Positions 18,573 through 28,559 of a DNA stretch of 64,000 nt are shown here, piece by piece; the first letter of the stretch is position 1; every line of letters begins with the position of its first letter. The notes beneath the pieces are model-generated. The model was not told where the DNA came from. It worked only from the letters and a program-made list of their open reading frames with translations, and ran no database searches. Origin of the DNA: Acidimicrobiia bacterium (lineage in GTDB: Bacteria > Actinomycetota > Acidimicrobiia > Spongiisociales > Spongiisociaceae); assembly GCA_041576165.1 (NCBI GenBank), contig JBFGLM010000006.1:74458-138457 (forward strand), read 5' to 3'. Position numbers and translations under genes: made by a program.

Positions 18573-20136
18573 CGCCACACCGATACGGCGTCGGCGCGGC
18601 CGCCCGGCGACGGTGTTCACCGGTGCGGTCCTGGTCGTCTTCGCATTGCCGATCGCGTTCCTGGCCTGGGAAACGCTCGCCAACGGTACCGAGACACTGG
18701 CGATCGTCTGGAGCAGTCAGACCGCGGCTCCGCTGTTCCGGTCGCTGCTGATCGCCACCAGTGCGTCGCTCGGCGCCGGGCTCCTGGGGACCTCACTGGC
18801 CTGGATCCTGGTGCGGTTGCGGGTACCCGCCCACGCCTGGTGGCGGGTGCTGGTGCCGTTGCCGCTGGTGATTCCCTCATTTGTAGGTGCGACGGCCATT
18901 CGTTTCGCGTTCGGGCCCGGGGGACTTGTTCCCTTTCTGCCCCGTTTCGAGGGCTTTTGGGGAGCGTGGGCGGCGTTGGTGGCGTTCACGTACCCGTACG
19001 TGTATCTACCGGTGGCGGCGCGATTACAGAGCCTTCCCCCCGCGCTCGAGGACGCGGCCCGGCTCCTGGGGAGCAGGGCACCGCGTATCGCCCGCACCGT
19101 CATCTGGCCGCAACTCCGAGGGTCGATCACCGCCGGCATGTTGCTGGTCTTCTTGTACGCATTGAGCGACTTTGGAGCCGTGTCGATCATGCGCTACGAC
19201 ACGCTGACCCGTGCCATCTTTTCTGCCCGTCTCGCGGCCCCGACCACGGCCCTCACTCTGGGTTTCGTGCTTGCGGTGGTCGCTCTGCTGGTCGCAGCCG
19301 GCGAACGACACGTGACAGCCGAGAGCGACACCCGCTCGGACGGACGCCCCCGCTCCTCCTCCCCCGTTGATTCTGCCTGGCTGTGGGCCGTGCCGCTCGC
19401 CGCAGTCGGGCTGGGGTTGTTGGCTCCTGTCGTGGCGTTCATCGTGTGGTGGCTGCGGGGCTCGCTGGCCGCGGGTGGGGGCTGGGGTGCGTTGGGGGCC
19501 AGCTTCTCCGACCTCGGGGCAGCTGCCGTGAACTCGGCGCTGGCCGGCCTGGTTGCCGCGGCGGTCGCCGCCGCCGTGCTCCTGCCGGTTGCGTTGGTAG
19601 CCGCCCGTCCCCGGACCCGCGTCGCACATCTGGCGCCGGTCACCACGTCCGCTACCTTCGCGCTACCCGGACTGGTGATCGCCTTTTCCATCGTGTTCTG
19701 GGTTGTCCGGTCTCCCGACTTCGTGTTTGCCTTCTACCAAACGTTCCCGCTGCTGATCGTGGCCTACGTCATACATTTCGGCGCCCAAGCGCTGCGGCCG
19801 ATGACGAGCGCGGCGGCGGCGCTGCCCCCCGCACTCTCGGAGGCGGCCGGCACCCTGGGCGCGGGCACGTGGCGCCGGTTGCGAACCATCCACCTGCCAC
19901 TGATGACACCCGCCATTACCGCCGGCGCCGGCCTCGTCATGCTGTCGGTCCTCAAAGAGCTTCCGGCCACACTGCTGCTGGCGCCGCCCGGATTCCAGAC
20001 GCTCGCCACCAAGGTGTGGGGGGCCGCGGAGGAGGGCTTCCTGGCCGACGCGGGGGCGGCATCGCTCGCCCTGATCGCCCTGTCCGGGGCGTTGTCGTGG
20101 TTGGTGCTGTTGCGCCCGGATCCCACCCGTAGATGA
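18547..20136 (+). CDS. Fe3+ ABC transporter permease (FbpB-like, duplicated TMD)
   Basis: Two EAA loops (LEDAARLLG, LSEAAGTLGA), LKELPATLLL. Start uncertain. Confidence 0.9.
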   Translation: MRAASRARDATPIRRRRGRPATVFTGAVLVVFALPIAFLAWETLANGTETLAIVWSSQTAAPLFRSLLIATSASLGAGLLGTSLAWILVRLRVPAHAWWRVLVPLPLVIPSFVGATAIRFAFGPGGLVPFLPRFEGFWGAWAALVAFTYPYVYLPVAARLQSLPPALEDAARLLGSRAPRIARTVIWPQLRGSITAGMLLVFLYALSDFGAVSIMRYDTLTRAIFSARLAAPTTALTLGFVLAVVALLVAAGERHVTAESDTRSDGRPRSSSPVDSAWLWAVPLAAVGLGLLAPVVAFIVWWLRGSLAAGGGWGALGASFSDLGAAAVNSALAGLVAAAVAAAVLLPVALVAARPRTRVAHLAPVTTSATFALPGLVIAFSIVFWVVRSPDFVFAFYQTFPLLIVAYVIHFGAQALRPMTSAAAALPPALSEAAGTLGAGTWRRLRTIHLPLMTPAITAGAGLVMLSVLKELPATLLLAPPGFQTLATKVWGAAEEGFLADAGAASLALIALSGALSWLVLLRPDPTRR

Positions 20137-20317
20137 GTGAGCGCCGACGCCGATCCTGTTTTGAATGTGGGCAAAGAATCATTTGACGGGAGCCACGAAA
20201 CGCGGGACCATGTTGATTGTCATATACCGGTCGGTTCCGCTCAGCCGTCAGCTGCCAGGGAGTCAGGGTCCCAAACATCATGGGGCTGGCGGAGCCCTCC
20301 CTTTGCCGGAGTCCGTG

Positions 20318-20890
20318 ATGGCCAGGGTTGAAATAACGGAAGACGAACTAGTAGCCGGGTCGTTTCCCCCCGTGTGCGCAAAGTCGGGTGAGCCTACTCG
20401 CCATCTCGTGGCGATGGACATTCGCCTACCTCACCCGATGACACGCTGGCTGGTGGTCGCCGGCATCATCCCCTACTTCGTATGGCGCCAGCTCTTTGCG
20501 CACCGAGTCGCCGCCAAGATCCCGCTGAGTCAGGCGCTGATCGAATTGCGTCGCCGCCAGCATGCGTTGCTCCTGGTAGCGGCTGCCGGCGGCACCGCGG
20601 CGGCCGGGATCGGAACGGCGCTGCCCGGTGGCAGTACGCGGGCCGCGATGATTGTCACCGGACTGGTCGTCGCGGTCGGGGCACACATGGTCCTGGCGGG
20701 TTGGCGACGCGAGACGACCATCCGGTTCACCGCCACCCGTTATGGGACGGTGGTCGTCGACCGCATCCACCCGACTTTCCGTAGCGCCCTCGCCGCCGGA
20801 GGGGGTGGATCGGAGATGACATCCGTGAGTTCCTCAGTGCGGCCCGTCCCGGCGCCGACTTCCGTGCCTCAGCAGCGTCAGTCGGCCTGA
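20318..20890 (+). CDS. Hypothetical membrane protein
   Basis: FPPVCAKSGEP N-terminus, three hydrophobic segments, IHPTF near the end. Start approximate. Confidence 0.6.
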   Translation: MARVEITEDELVAGSFPPVCAKSGEPTRHLVAMDIRLPHPMTRWLVVAGIIPYFVWRQLFAHRVAAKIPLSQALIELRRRQHALLLVAAAGGTAAAGIGTALPGGSTRAAMIVTGLVVAVGAHMVLAGWRRETTIRFTATRYGTVVVDRIHPTFRSALAAGGGGSEMTSVSSSVRPVPAPTSVPQQRQSA

Positions 20891-20913
20891 CCCAGCCGAG
20901 GGGGCCAACCGGC

Positions 20914-21306
20914 TCAGCCCTCTCCCAGCAACGCGAGCGGCTCCATCACCGCGCTGCTGGTAGCCCGGAACGTGCGGCGTCCCAATCCGACGATCTCGGT
21001 AGTGGCGGCCACCACCACGGTCACGCGCCGCGGGGCGTACGACCGATCGACACGGCAATCGCACGAAACCAACTGGACCCCGTGCAGCGTGGCGAATCGG
21101 CCGGCTTCCGTCTCCGGGTCGCCCACCGATCCGAATGGACGAAAGGTCACAGCGGCAGCGGCAAGTGCCGCGGCATCGGCTGCGCTTGCCGCTCGATTGC
21201 GGGCGATGAATGCCTGCCCGACACCGCCGACCAGGACGGCCAGCACCATCGCCAGCGCGGTGGCGGCGACCGCCAGCGGCACGAGCGAACCTCTGTCTGA
21301 TCTCAT
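20914..21306 (-). CDS. TadE/TadG-like pseudopilin (Rv3654c family)
   Basis: DRGS prepilin site, hydrophobic helix, AADAAALAAA, CDC motif. Last gene of the tad operon. Confidence 0.85.
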   Translation of the reverse strand: MRSDRGSLVPLAVAATALAMVLAVLVGGVGQAFIARNRAASAADAAALAAAAVTFRPFGSVGDPETEAGRFATLHGVQLVSCDCRVDRSYAPRRVTVVVAATTEIVGLGRRTFRATSSAVMEPLALLGEG

Positions 21307-21665
21307 GTTTCGACGCGCATCACCGCCCGGCCGCTCACGCGCACAGTTGTGCCCCCCAGCACTGCGGCCGCTACCCGATGGACCACCGTCACCTGCACGG
21401 AGGCCTCGGCGCCGACCACGGCCGGACGCGAGACGGTGATGACAGCAGTCTGAGCCAGGCGGGGCCCGAGCGCCGATCTCACTCTCTGGACGGCCCGGTC
21501 GGTGTCGGGAGTGGTCGATGCCACCCGTGCTCCTTCGCGGGCCGCTCCGATCACTTCGATCTGCGTGCGGGCCACCATCGCCACCTCCGCCAGCGCCGCT
21601 ATCACCAGCAACACTGTCGGGATCAACAGCGCTAGCTCGACGGTCCCGCTGCCGCGCTCGGTCAC
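21303..21665 (-). CDS. tadE: TadE-family pseudopilin
   Basis: ERGSGTVELAL...AAREGARVAS. GTG 21665 overlaps the pilin stop (GTGA). Confidence 0.85.
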   Translation of the reverse strand: MTERGSGTVELALLIPTVLLVIAALAEVAMVARTQIEVIGAAREGARVASTTPDTDRAVQRVRSALGPRLAQTAVITVSRPAVVGAEASVQVTVVHRVAAAVLGGTTVRVSGRAVMRVET

Positions 21666-21823
21666 GCCACGTACCCGGTGATCGTGCGAAAAACAGTGTC
21701 GAAGAAGGCGGGAATGAGGTTGGTCCCGCTGATCCAAGTGATGAGCGCGACCGCGAGCGCGGCGGCGGCCAGCATCACGAGAACGTATTCGACGGTTCCT
21801 TGCCCCTGGTCTGATCGCAGCAT
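21662..21823 (-). CDS. Flp/DUF4244-like major pilin (53 aa), missed by the ORF track
   Basis: MLRSDQGQGTVEYVLVMLAAAALAVALITWISGTNLIPAFFDTVFRTITGYVA contains the G-x4-EY Flp motif. RBS GAGGAG. Confidence 0.88.
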   Translation of the reverse strand: MLRSDQGQGTVEYVLVMLAAAALAVALITWISGTNLIPAFFDTVFRTITGYVA

Positions 21824-21883
21824 GTCGACTCTCCTCTCTCCGGCCGGAGGCCGGCTCGTTGTGGGAAGTCAGACTGTGAACCG

Positions 21884-22471
21884 CTAGCCCGCGCCGAGCG
21901 GGAGCAGCATTCGCTCCGCAATCGCCAGCACAGTGGGACCCATGACCATCAGTACGAAACCCGGGAGCAACAGAAGCGCCAGCGGAATCGCGAGTTGCGC
22001 GGGAAGCTTGCGGGCGCGGGTGATCCGGTCTGTCACGATCGCAGCCCGAGCCTCGCGAGCGTAGGCGCGGATGAGCGGTTCTTGGGGAGCCCCGGCGCGG
22101 ATGGCCCCGGCCAGCACAGTGAGAAACGGCCCGAGCGCACCCTCATGGTCAAGCACGGCGGCGGCCAGCCCTAGCTGCGCCGCTCGGCGCAGAATCGCCA
22201 CCAACTCAGCCCGAGCCGGTTCGGGTCCGCGCGATGCGCAGAACTCGAGTGTTCGCTCGAGTGTCAGCCCGGCGGCAAGCCCGACCGCGGTGAGATGGGC
22301 CACATTGACCGGCGTCATCGGATCTGGCCGCCTCGTGGCTCGACGGCGCAGCCCATCGCGAACACGCGCAGAGGCGTCAGCCAGCCGAGCCGGGCGGGGG
22401 CGGCCGCGCGGTCTGGCGTCACTGCCGGCGAGCAGCATGGCGGCGGCGAGCATCAGAGCGGCAATCGTCAT
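21884..22471 (-). CDS. TadC-like (T2SS F family) pilus platform protein
   Basis: GLAAGL...L, C-terminal IPLALLLLPGFVL TM. ATGA overlap with the tadB-like stop. Confidence 0.78.
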   Translation of the reverse strand: MTIAALMLAAAMLLAGSDARPRGRPRPARLADASARVRDGLRRRATRRPDPMTPVNVAHLTAVGLAAGLTLERTLEFCASRGPEPARAELVAILRRAAQLGLAAAVLDHEGALGPFLTVLAGAIRAGAPQEPLIRAYAREARAAIVTDRITRARKLPAQLAIPLALLLLPGFVLMVMGPTVLAIAERMLLPLGAG

Positions 22472-23127
22472 TGCAGCGCCCGCCGGGCGAGCGCCCCTAC
22501 CGCTGCGACACCAGCCATCACCAGCATCAGGCCGGCGGCCACGCTCACCTGCCCTCCGGCCGAATCGAGCAGACGGCCCACTCGCCCCGTCACGATCAGC
22601 AACCCGATCACCAGGACCGGAGCGCCTCCGATGATCCACACTGCGAGCCAGGCCGGAGCGGCGCCGGCCGCAACCTCACGGCGGACCTCCATCTCCTCCG
22701 CCGCGATTTCTGCCATCACCTCGAATGCCCCGATGGCGCCACCTCCGCTCATTGCACTGAACTCGATGGCTGCAGCCGCCAACGGCCCGGTCTCCGGCAA
22801 GCGACGGGCGGTCTGTGGGCCGAGCTCCTCAACCGGGTGGCCCGCCCGCAAGCGGCGGGCCACCTGCCGGAGCTCGAGTGCTGGATCGTCCTCGGCGGCA
22901 TCCGCCAGCGCGATCCGCAACGAGGCACCCGCCCGCAGTCGAGCCGCAACGGTCTGATGAAATCGGATCTCCGGCGACAGGCGGGGTTTGGCCCGGGCGG
23001 CGACGATCAGGCCCAGGAGCGCAAGCACCAAGGGGACGGGGACGACCAGGGCTGCCATCAAGACGGCGGCTTCCCACCGGTGGCGAGGCCCGGCAAACAG
23101 GACGCCTGCCAGCACGAAAGCGATCAC
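22468..23127 (-). CDS. TadB-like (T2SS F family) pilus platform protein
   Basis: ARLRAGASLRIAL, SGG motif, two C-terminal TMs. GTGA overlap with the ATPase stop. Confidence 0.78.
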   Translation of the reverse strand: MIAFVLAGVLFAGPRHRWEAAVLMAALVVPVPLVLALLGLIVAARAKPRLSPEIRFHQTVAARLRAGASLRIALADAAEDDPALELRQVARRLRAGHPVEELGPQTARRLPETGPLAAAAIEFSAMSGGGAIGAFEVMAEIAAEEMEVRREVAAGAAPAWLAVWIIGGAPVLVIGLLIVTGRVGRLLDSAGGQVSVAAGLMLVMAGVAAVGALARRALQ

Positions 23128-24206
23128 GGCGACACCTCCTGCAACTCGTCGCGCCCGACGCGAGCGAGTGCCGCCACCCGGCGGCGCCCGTGACGGCGCT
23201 CGACATGGACGATCACGTCGATCGCCGACCACAGCTGGCGGCGCACCACCTCCGGGTTCACTCGCCGCTCCCCTGACAGCGCGAGTATCTCGAGCCGGGA
23301 CAGCGCGTCGGCGGGACTGTTCGCGTGCACGGTCGACATGGAGCCCGCATGGCCGGTGTTCATGGCGTTGATCAAGTCGAGGGCCTCGGGACCGCGGACC
23401 TCACCGACCACGATCCGATCAGGCCGCAGGCGCAGAGCCGCCCGGACCAGCGTCTCGAGGTCTATTGCGCCGAATCCTTCGGCATTCGGGGGCCGCGCCT
23501 CCAGCCGCAGCACGTGGCCGGCTAACCGCAGTTCGGCCGCGTCCTCGACCGTAACTGTGCGTTCGCCGATCGGTATCTCCTGCGAAAGCACGTTGAGCAA
23601 GGTCGTTTTCCCGGCACCGGTGCCGCCGCTGACGAGGACGTTCTGGCGGCTGTCGACCGCCTGCGCCAGCGCCGCCGCCCAGCCGGCTGAAATCGACCCG
23701 GCGGCAACCAGATCTCCGAGTGTTCGGACGGTCGCGGTGAAGCGCCGAATCGCCACGATCGGCCCGTCGACGGCGACCGGAGGAATCGCAGCGTGGAGGC
23801 GACTGCCGTCGGCGAGACGGGCATCGATGATCGGGGATGCGGTATCGAGTCGGAGACCCAGCGAGGCGATGACTCGCTGAACGCTGGCCAGCAAGGCGTC
23901 GGCCGATTCGAACGTCACCTCCGCCCTGGTCAAGGCGCCGGCCCGTTCTGCCCACACCTCGTCGGGTCGGTTCACGAAGACATCGGTGACTTCGGGATCG
24001 CGCAGGAGCGTCTCGAGCGGGCCGAGCCCGACGAGGCCGTCGACAACCGCCGCCAGAGCGGCACCGTCGGCCAGCGGTGCCAGCGTGCGGGCGGCCCGCT
24101 CGGCGGCCGGCACCAACGCCTCTCTCGTCAGCGGAACGCCGCTGTCGACCAGTGCGGCCTGGAGGCGTTCGATCAGGTCCACGGATGACTCCACACCGTC
24201 CGCCAC
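23124..24206 (-). CDS. tadA: TadA/CpaF pilus assembly ATPase
   Basis: GLGPLE.LL.DP.VTDVFVN, GGTGAGKTT, EDAAEL, ALRLRPDRIVVGEVRG and MNTGHAGSMSTVHAN motifs. Start approximate. Confidence 0.93.
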   Translation of the reverse strand: MADGVESSVDLIERLQAALVDSGVPLTREALVPAAERAARTLAPLADGAALAAVVDGLVGLGPLETLLRDPEVTDVFVNRPDEVWAERAGALTRAEVTFESADALLASVQRVIASLGLRLDTASPIIDARLADGSRLHAAIPPVAVDGPIVAIRRFTATVRTLGDLVAAGSISAGWAAALAQAVDSRQNVLVSGGTGAGKTTLLNVLSQEIPIGERTVTVEDAAELRLAGHVLRLEARPPNAEGFGAIDLETLVRAALRLRPDRIVVGEVRGPEALDLINAMNTGHAGSMSTVHANSPADALSRLEILALSGERRVNPEVVRRQLWSAIDVIVHVERRHGRRRVAALARVGRDELQEVSP

Positions 24207-24700
24207 GCTCGCACCCACCGCCCCCGCGGACGGCGGCCCCCGAACGCGGCCCGCACGGCGGCCGGCCCGGGCGGGGGCAGTACGAACCCGTTGCCGATGG
24301 CGCCACCCGGAATCCCCGTCTGCTGGTACACGGCCGGGCCCGGCGCAGCCAAGACGCCCGGCAGCACCGGGTGCACCGGTACCGTAGGGATAGGAAGGGC
24401 TTCGGCCGATCGCACGACGACGGCCGGCCATCCGGTCCCGAACGCCTCAACCAACTCACGGGCGTCCTGCCACCCGGCGCCCCCACTCGCCAGCACCGCC
24501 AGTCCCCGCCGCCGCGGACGGAGCTCGTCGAGTGTGGGGCTGGCTCGCACCACCTCGGCGACCGAAGCAGGTGACGGCAGGGGGATACCGTCGGGGTCCA
24601 GGTCCAGCACGAGAGCGGTGCCGGCGGCGGCGCCCAGGCCGAGCGGGGCGAGAACTGACAGCACGCCGCCTACCGGTGTGTGGACTGCCAGGATCGGCAC
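24173..24700 (-). CDS. Short degenerate Ssd/CpaE(TadZ)-like protein
   Basis: First gene of the tad operon. LVLDLDP.G motif present, but the P-loop region reads PVGGVLSV with no Lys. RBS GAGG. Confidence 0.6.
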   Translation of the reverse strand: MPILAVHTPVGGVLSVLAPLGLGAAAGTALVLDLDPDGIPLPSPASVAEVVRASPTLDELRPRRRGLAVLASGGAGWQDARELVEAFGTGWPAVVVRSAEALPIPTVPVHPVLPGVLAAPGPAVYQQTGIPGGAIGNGFVLPPPGPAAVRAAFGGRRPRGRWVRAWRTVWSHPWT

Positions 24701-24723
24701 GTGGTTTCCTCTCGTTGACCGCC

Positions 24724-24739
24724 CCGAACGTACGTTCTA
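24724..24739. promoter_or_regulatory. Putative LexA (SOS/Cheo) box upstream of the tad operon
   Basis: CCGAAC-GTAC-GTTCTA matches GAAC-N4-GTTC with the preferred RNRY spacer, about 25 nt upstream of the first tad gene. Confidence 0.6.
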
Positions 24740-24944
24740 CGACCTGCCTTGTGAAGGTCTAGACACGGCCGTGTTGGCATGGCACAAAGATGGGTTCGGC
24801 CGCCCCCCAAATGGGCCCCAACCGGGTCCGACCTCGCAATGCCGGATCGTCGCGTCTACCCGCGTGCGTTGCATCGGACGGGGCTCGGGAGCGAACTACG
24901 CTGCCGACGGCACCCAATCACCACCCACCTGAGCGGAGAAAGCC

Positions 24945-26387
24945 TTGGTTACTTCCGGTCGGCGCGAAAGCGGCGTTGCCCGGCTGATCAGCGTCCGTGA
25001 TCTGCTCAACCGCCCCCAGGTCTGGGTGATCCTCGCGGCGGCCGGCTACGCAGTTGCACAGCTGCTCCTCTTGCACGAGGACCGCTTCTTCGAATGGGAC
25101 GAGGCCGTGTACGTATCCGAGGTCCGCCCGGGCACCCGGCCAATCGGTTTCGCAGTCCACCGCGCCCGCGGCATCGTCTGGCTGATCGCTCCAGTGACCG
25201 GACTGTCACCTTCGATCGCCGCGCTCCGGATCTACCTCGTCGCCCTATCCAGCGTCGGCCTCGCTGCCGCGTTCTTGATCTGGTCCCGGCAGATCCGGTG
25301 GGCGGCGCCGATTGCAGCCGGCCTTTTCGCCGTCAACTGGAGCACCGTGTTGTACGGGTCCGAGGTGTCGCCAAACCTCTTCGTCGCCTGTGTGGCCATT
25401 GCGGCCGTCGGCACGGCGGTCTGGTGTGGGCGCGAGCCCTCGACCTGGCTGTTGATAATGCTGGCCGCGCTCATCGGCGTGGCAACCATCTTCCGCCCGT
25501 TGGACGCGTTTCTGCTAGCGATAGCCGCCGCGGCCACCGCCGTCATCATCGAACGCCGAGTACGCCGCCCGGTGATGGTGAGCGCCGCAACCGGATTCGG
25601 GGTGGGGCTGGTGCCCTGGCTGGTCGAGGCCTGGGTTCGCTTCGGAGGGCCGCTCGACAGGTTGCGGGCGGCTCGTGAGTTCGTGGGCGGCGGCATCCGT
25701 TTCCAGCTGGGCGAGCACGCCCGGCTGTTGGACGGCCCGCTGGTCGGTCCCGACGCCGGCGGGGCGGTCTTCACCGGCGGCCTGTGGTGGGTCGCCGCCC
25801 TCGGCTCGCTCGGTCTGGTCGCTGCCTTCGCCCCCGGGCGCCATCGCCGCGCCGGCGCAGCTGCGCTGATGGCCGGTATCTGGTTGTGGCTGCCATACCT
25901 CTTCAGCGTTCGTGTCCTCGCTCCCAGGTTTCTGCTGCCCGGCCTGGGGCTACTGTGCGTGGCGGCCGGTTTGGGCATCGAGTCCCTGCTCCAGGCCAGG
26001 CGCCGGCTCCCGCTCATAGCCGTCGCCGCCTTCATGGTCACTGGCGTGCTCTGGAACCTGTCCACTGCGTCCCGCGTGGAGCTTGGTCAGGTGGAGGCTC
26101 GTTCCCAAGCCGAGGTACTCGGGAGCTTCATCCGCGAGCGGGCCGGCGAAGGCAAATGCAACTTCGTGAGCCAGTTTGCCTACCCCCAAGTCGAGCTGGC
26201 TTCGGGCTGCGATGGCCGGGCGTTCGTCATCGGCGACGCGGCGGGTCCCGACCGGCTCGAGGCCTTGGCCGAGGAAGGCCGGAGCGTCTTCGTCGTCTCC
26301 GCGGCCGATCCGATGCTGGGTTCCGGCTGGGACTGCCAAACGGTAGCGACTCCGGGCAACCTCACCTGGCATGTGTGTATGCGCTGA
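24945..26387 (+). CDS. GT-C-fold (ArnT/PMT-like) membrane glycosyltransferase, putative
   Basis: First-loop WDEAVY motif, many TMs, PRFLLP motif, soluble C-terminal domain. Start uncertain. Confidence 0.7.
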   Translation: MVTSGRRESGVARLISVRDLLNRPQVWVILAAAGYAVAQLLLLHEDRFFEWDEAVYVSEVRPGTRPIGFAVHRARGIVWLIAPVTGLSPSIAALRIYLVALSSVGLAAAFLIWSRQIRWAAPIAAGLFAVNWSTVLYGSEVSPNLFVACVAIAAVGTAVWCGREPSTWLLIMLAALIGVATIFRPLDAFLLAIAAAATAVIIERRVRRPVMVSAATGFGVGLVPWLVEAWVRFGGPLDRLRAAREFVGGGIRFQLGEHARLLDGPLVGPDAGGAVFTGGLWWVAALGSLGLVAAFAPGRHRRAGAAALMAGIWLWLPYLFSVRVLAPRFLLPGLGLLCVAAGLGIESLLQARRRLPLIAVAAFMVTGVLWNLSTASRVELGQVEARSQAEVLGSFIRERAGEGKCNFVSQFAYPQVELASGCDGRAFVIGDAAGPDRLEALAEEGRSVFVVSAADPMLGSGWDCQTVATPGNLTWHVCMR

Positions 26388-26401
26388 GGCGCCGCAGTCG
26401 C

Positions 26402-27613
26402 TCACGCCGGACCGACGACGCCCCCCGACCGCAGCTCCGCGATGTCCGACTCGGAATAACCCAGGTCGGACAGCACCGCATCTGTGTCGGCCCCCGGATC
26501 TGCCGCTGGCCCCCGGGGAATTACGCCCTCGAGGTACACCGGCGTCGCGATGGTCGGGAAGGCGCCGGCGGCGGAATGGTCCAGCTTGGGAAACATGCCC
26601 ATCGCCTCGGCCTGCGGATCAGCGGCGATGTCCTCCAGCAGGCTGCCCGGTCCCCAGATCAGGCCGGCCTCGTCGAGCACGGCTGCCCACTCCGACAATG
26701 GCCGGGATCCGAAGATGTCATCAAGTTCGTCGACAATCTCAGGCATGGCCTGATAACGGTCGCGCCCGGTCGGGTATTCATCGAGCCACTCCGGCTTGCC
26801 GATCGCCTCACAGAAAGCCGGCCAGTAGCGGCTCCCCGGCATTGTCAGGATGATCCAGCGCCCGTCGGCACACCGGTATCGGTTGTTGATCGGCGTCAGC
26901 TCGTGGTGCCGGTCACGCACCTTTGGATTACGACCATCGCCCAAGCCGGTTGCGAACACGGAACCCAGAGCCCAGACAGCTGTCCCGTACAAGCTCACGT
27001 CGACCAGCGAGCCTTCGCCATAGCGCTCGGCCTTGCGCAGACCCGCCAGGACACCCGTTGCCACCGCCAGACCCGTTGCGTGATCACCGAAGGCCTGGGG
27101 TGTGAGCAACGCCTCGCCGTCCGGCGGTGTCATAGCCGCCAGCAAACCTCCCCGACCGATGAACGCGGTGTAGTCGTAGCCCGGTTTCTCGGCGTCGGGC
27201 CCAGTCTGGCCGTAGCCGGAAACGGCGGCGTAGACCAGCTGAGGGTTCAGCTGCTGCAACTCGGGATAGCTGACGCCGTACTTGGCCTGACGCCGGGGCA
27301 GGAGGTTGGTCAGGAATACCTGCGCGTCGACGACCAGCTTGTGGACGATTTCCTTCGCGCCAGCCTGATCGAGCGACAGGCAGATCGAGCGTTTGCCCCG
27401 ATTCTCTGCCTGATACGCGAAGTCTGGGTCTATCTCGCCGTCCGCGAGCTTTGCGGGCCGGGTCATTCCCCGAAACGGATCCCCGCCGGGCGGCTCGATC
27501 TTGATCACATCGGCCCCCATGTCGGCGAGGATGGCGCCGGCGCTGGGGGCGGCCACCCAGCTGGCCAGCTCGATCACGCGTACGTCCTGCAGCGGCAAAG
27601 TGGGATCAGACAT
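26402..27613 (-). CDS. CaiB/BaiF family III CoA-transferase
   Basis: LADMGADVIKIEPPGGD, NRGKRS, SGYGQTGP, PGYD and FGD motifs. Leaderless TACGAT-7nt-ATG. Confidence 0.93.
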   Translation of the reverse strand: MSDPTLPLQDVRVIELASWVAAPSAGAILADMGADVIKIEPPGGDPFRGMTRPAKLADGEIDPDFAYQAENRGKRSICLSLDQAGAKEIVHKLVVDAQVFLTNLLPRRQAKYGVSYPELQQLNPQLVYAAVSGYGQTGPDAEKPGYDYTAFIGRGGLLAAMTPPDGEALLTPQAFGDHATGLAVATGVLAGLRKAERYGEGSLVDVSLYGTAVWALGSVFATGLGDGRNPKVRDRHHELTPINNRYRCADGRWIILTMPGSRYWPAFCEAIGKPEWLDEYPTGRDRYQAMPEIVDELDDIFGSRPLSEWAAVLDEAGLIWGPGSLLEDIAADPQAEAMGMFPKLDHSAAGAFPTIATPVYLEGVIPRGPAADPGADTDAVLSDLGYSESDIAELRSGGVVGPA

Positions 27614-27707
27614 ACGCCTGATCGTAGGCAAACGCGCCGGGCCATATCGGGAACGCCGCGATATCGCTCCATCGTTCCATTCAGGTGACGTCGTACAATC
27701 GTCAGCT

Positions 27708-28559
27708 GTGACCACAGGGATCACGCAAGTGTCCGGGTCCACGGTCGCCAACGGGGACCGCGGACCCCAAGCGGCTGCGTTCTTCGATTTGGACAAGACG
27801 GTGATCGCCAAATCGTCGACGCTTGCTTTCAGCCGCCCGTTGTACCGGGCCGGATTTTTGAACCGCCGAGCCCTCATCAAGGCGGGAATTGCCCAGGCCG
27901 TCTACATGATGGTGGGGGCAGACCACGACCAGCTGGAGCGGGTGCGGAACCAACTGATGCAGCTGACGCGGGGCTGGAGCTCTGCCGAAGTCCGGGAACT
28001 GGTGCGGGAGACGGTGGACGAAGTCGTGTCACCGCTGGTGTTCGCGGAGGCGCTGGCCATCATGGACGAGCATCGGCGGGCCGGACGGCGAGTTGTGATC
28101 ATCTCTGCCAGTCCTGAGGAAGTGGTCCGGCCACTCGCTCGTTACCTCGGGGTGGATCACGTCATCGCCACCCGGTCGAAGATCGACCAGCAGGGTCGCT
28201 ACACCGGCGAGCTCGATTTCTATGCGTACGGACCGGGGAAAGCCGAGGCGATAACCGACCTCGCCGACAAATGGGGCCTCGATCTGGGCGCAAGTTACGC
28301 CTATTCGGATAGCGTCACTGACCTCCCGATGATGGAGGTTGTTGGCCACCCGATCGCAGTCAACCCGGACAAGGAACTCAAGGAGATCGCCGACGCCCGT
28401 GACTGGCCGATCATGGATTTCGAACGCCCGGTGACGATACGCACGCGGCTCGCCACGCTACCCAAACCGGTGCCGATCATCTCGGGGGCGGCGGTAGCCG
28501 GCGCCGTTGCCGGTGCCCTCACGCTGTGGGCGCTCCGCGCTCGTCGCTCCGTGACCTGA
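27708..28559 (+). CDS. HAD-IB family hydrolase (Rv3661/CicA-like)
   Basis: AAFFDLDKTVIAKSS, SAS, GK and YSDSVTDLP motifs, C-terminal TM. TACAAT -10 box before the GTG. Confidence 0.92.
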   Translation: MTTGITQVSGSTVANGDRGPQAAAFFDLDKTVIAKSSTLAFSRPLYRAGFLNRRALIKAGIAQAVYMMVGADHDQLERVRNQLMQLTRGWSSAEVRELVRETVDEVVSPLVFAEALAIMDEHRRAGRRVVIISASPEEVVRPLARYLGVDHVIATRSKIDQQGRYTGELDFYAYGPGKAEAITDLADKWGLDLGASYAYSDSVTDLPMMEVVGHPIAVNPDKELKEIADARDWPIMDFERPVTIRTRLATLPKPVPIISGAAVAGAVAGALTLWALRARRSVT

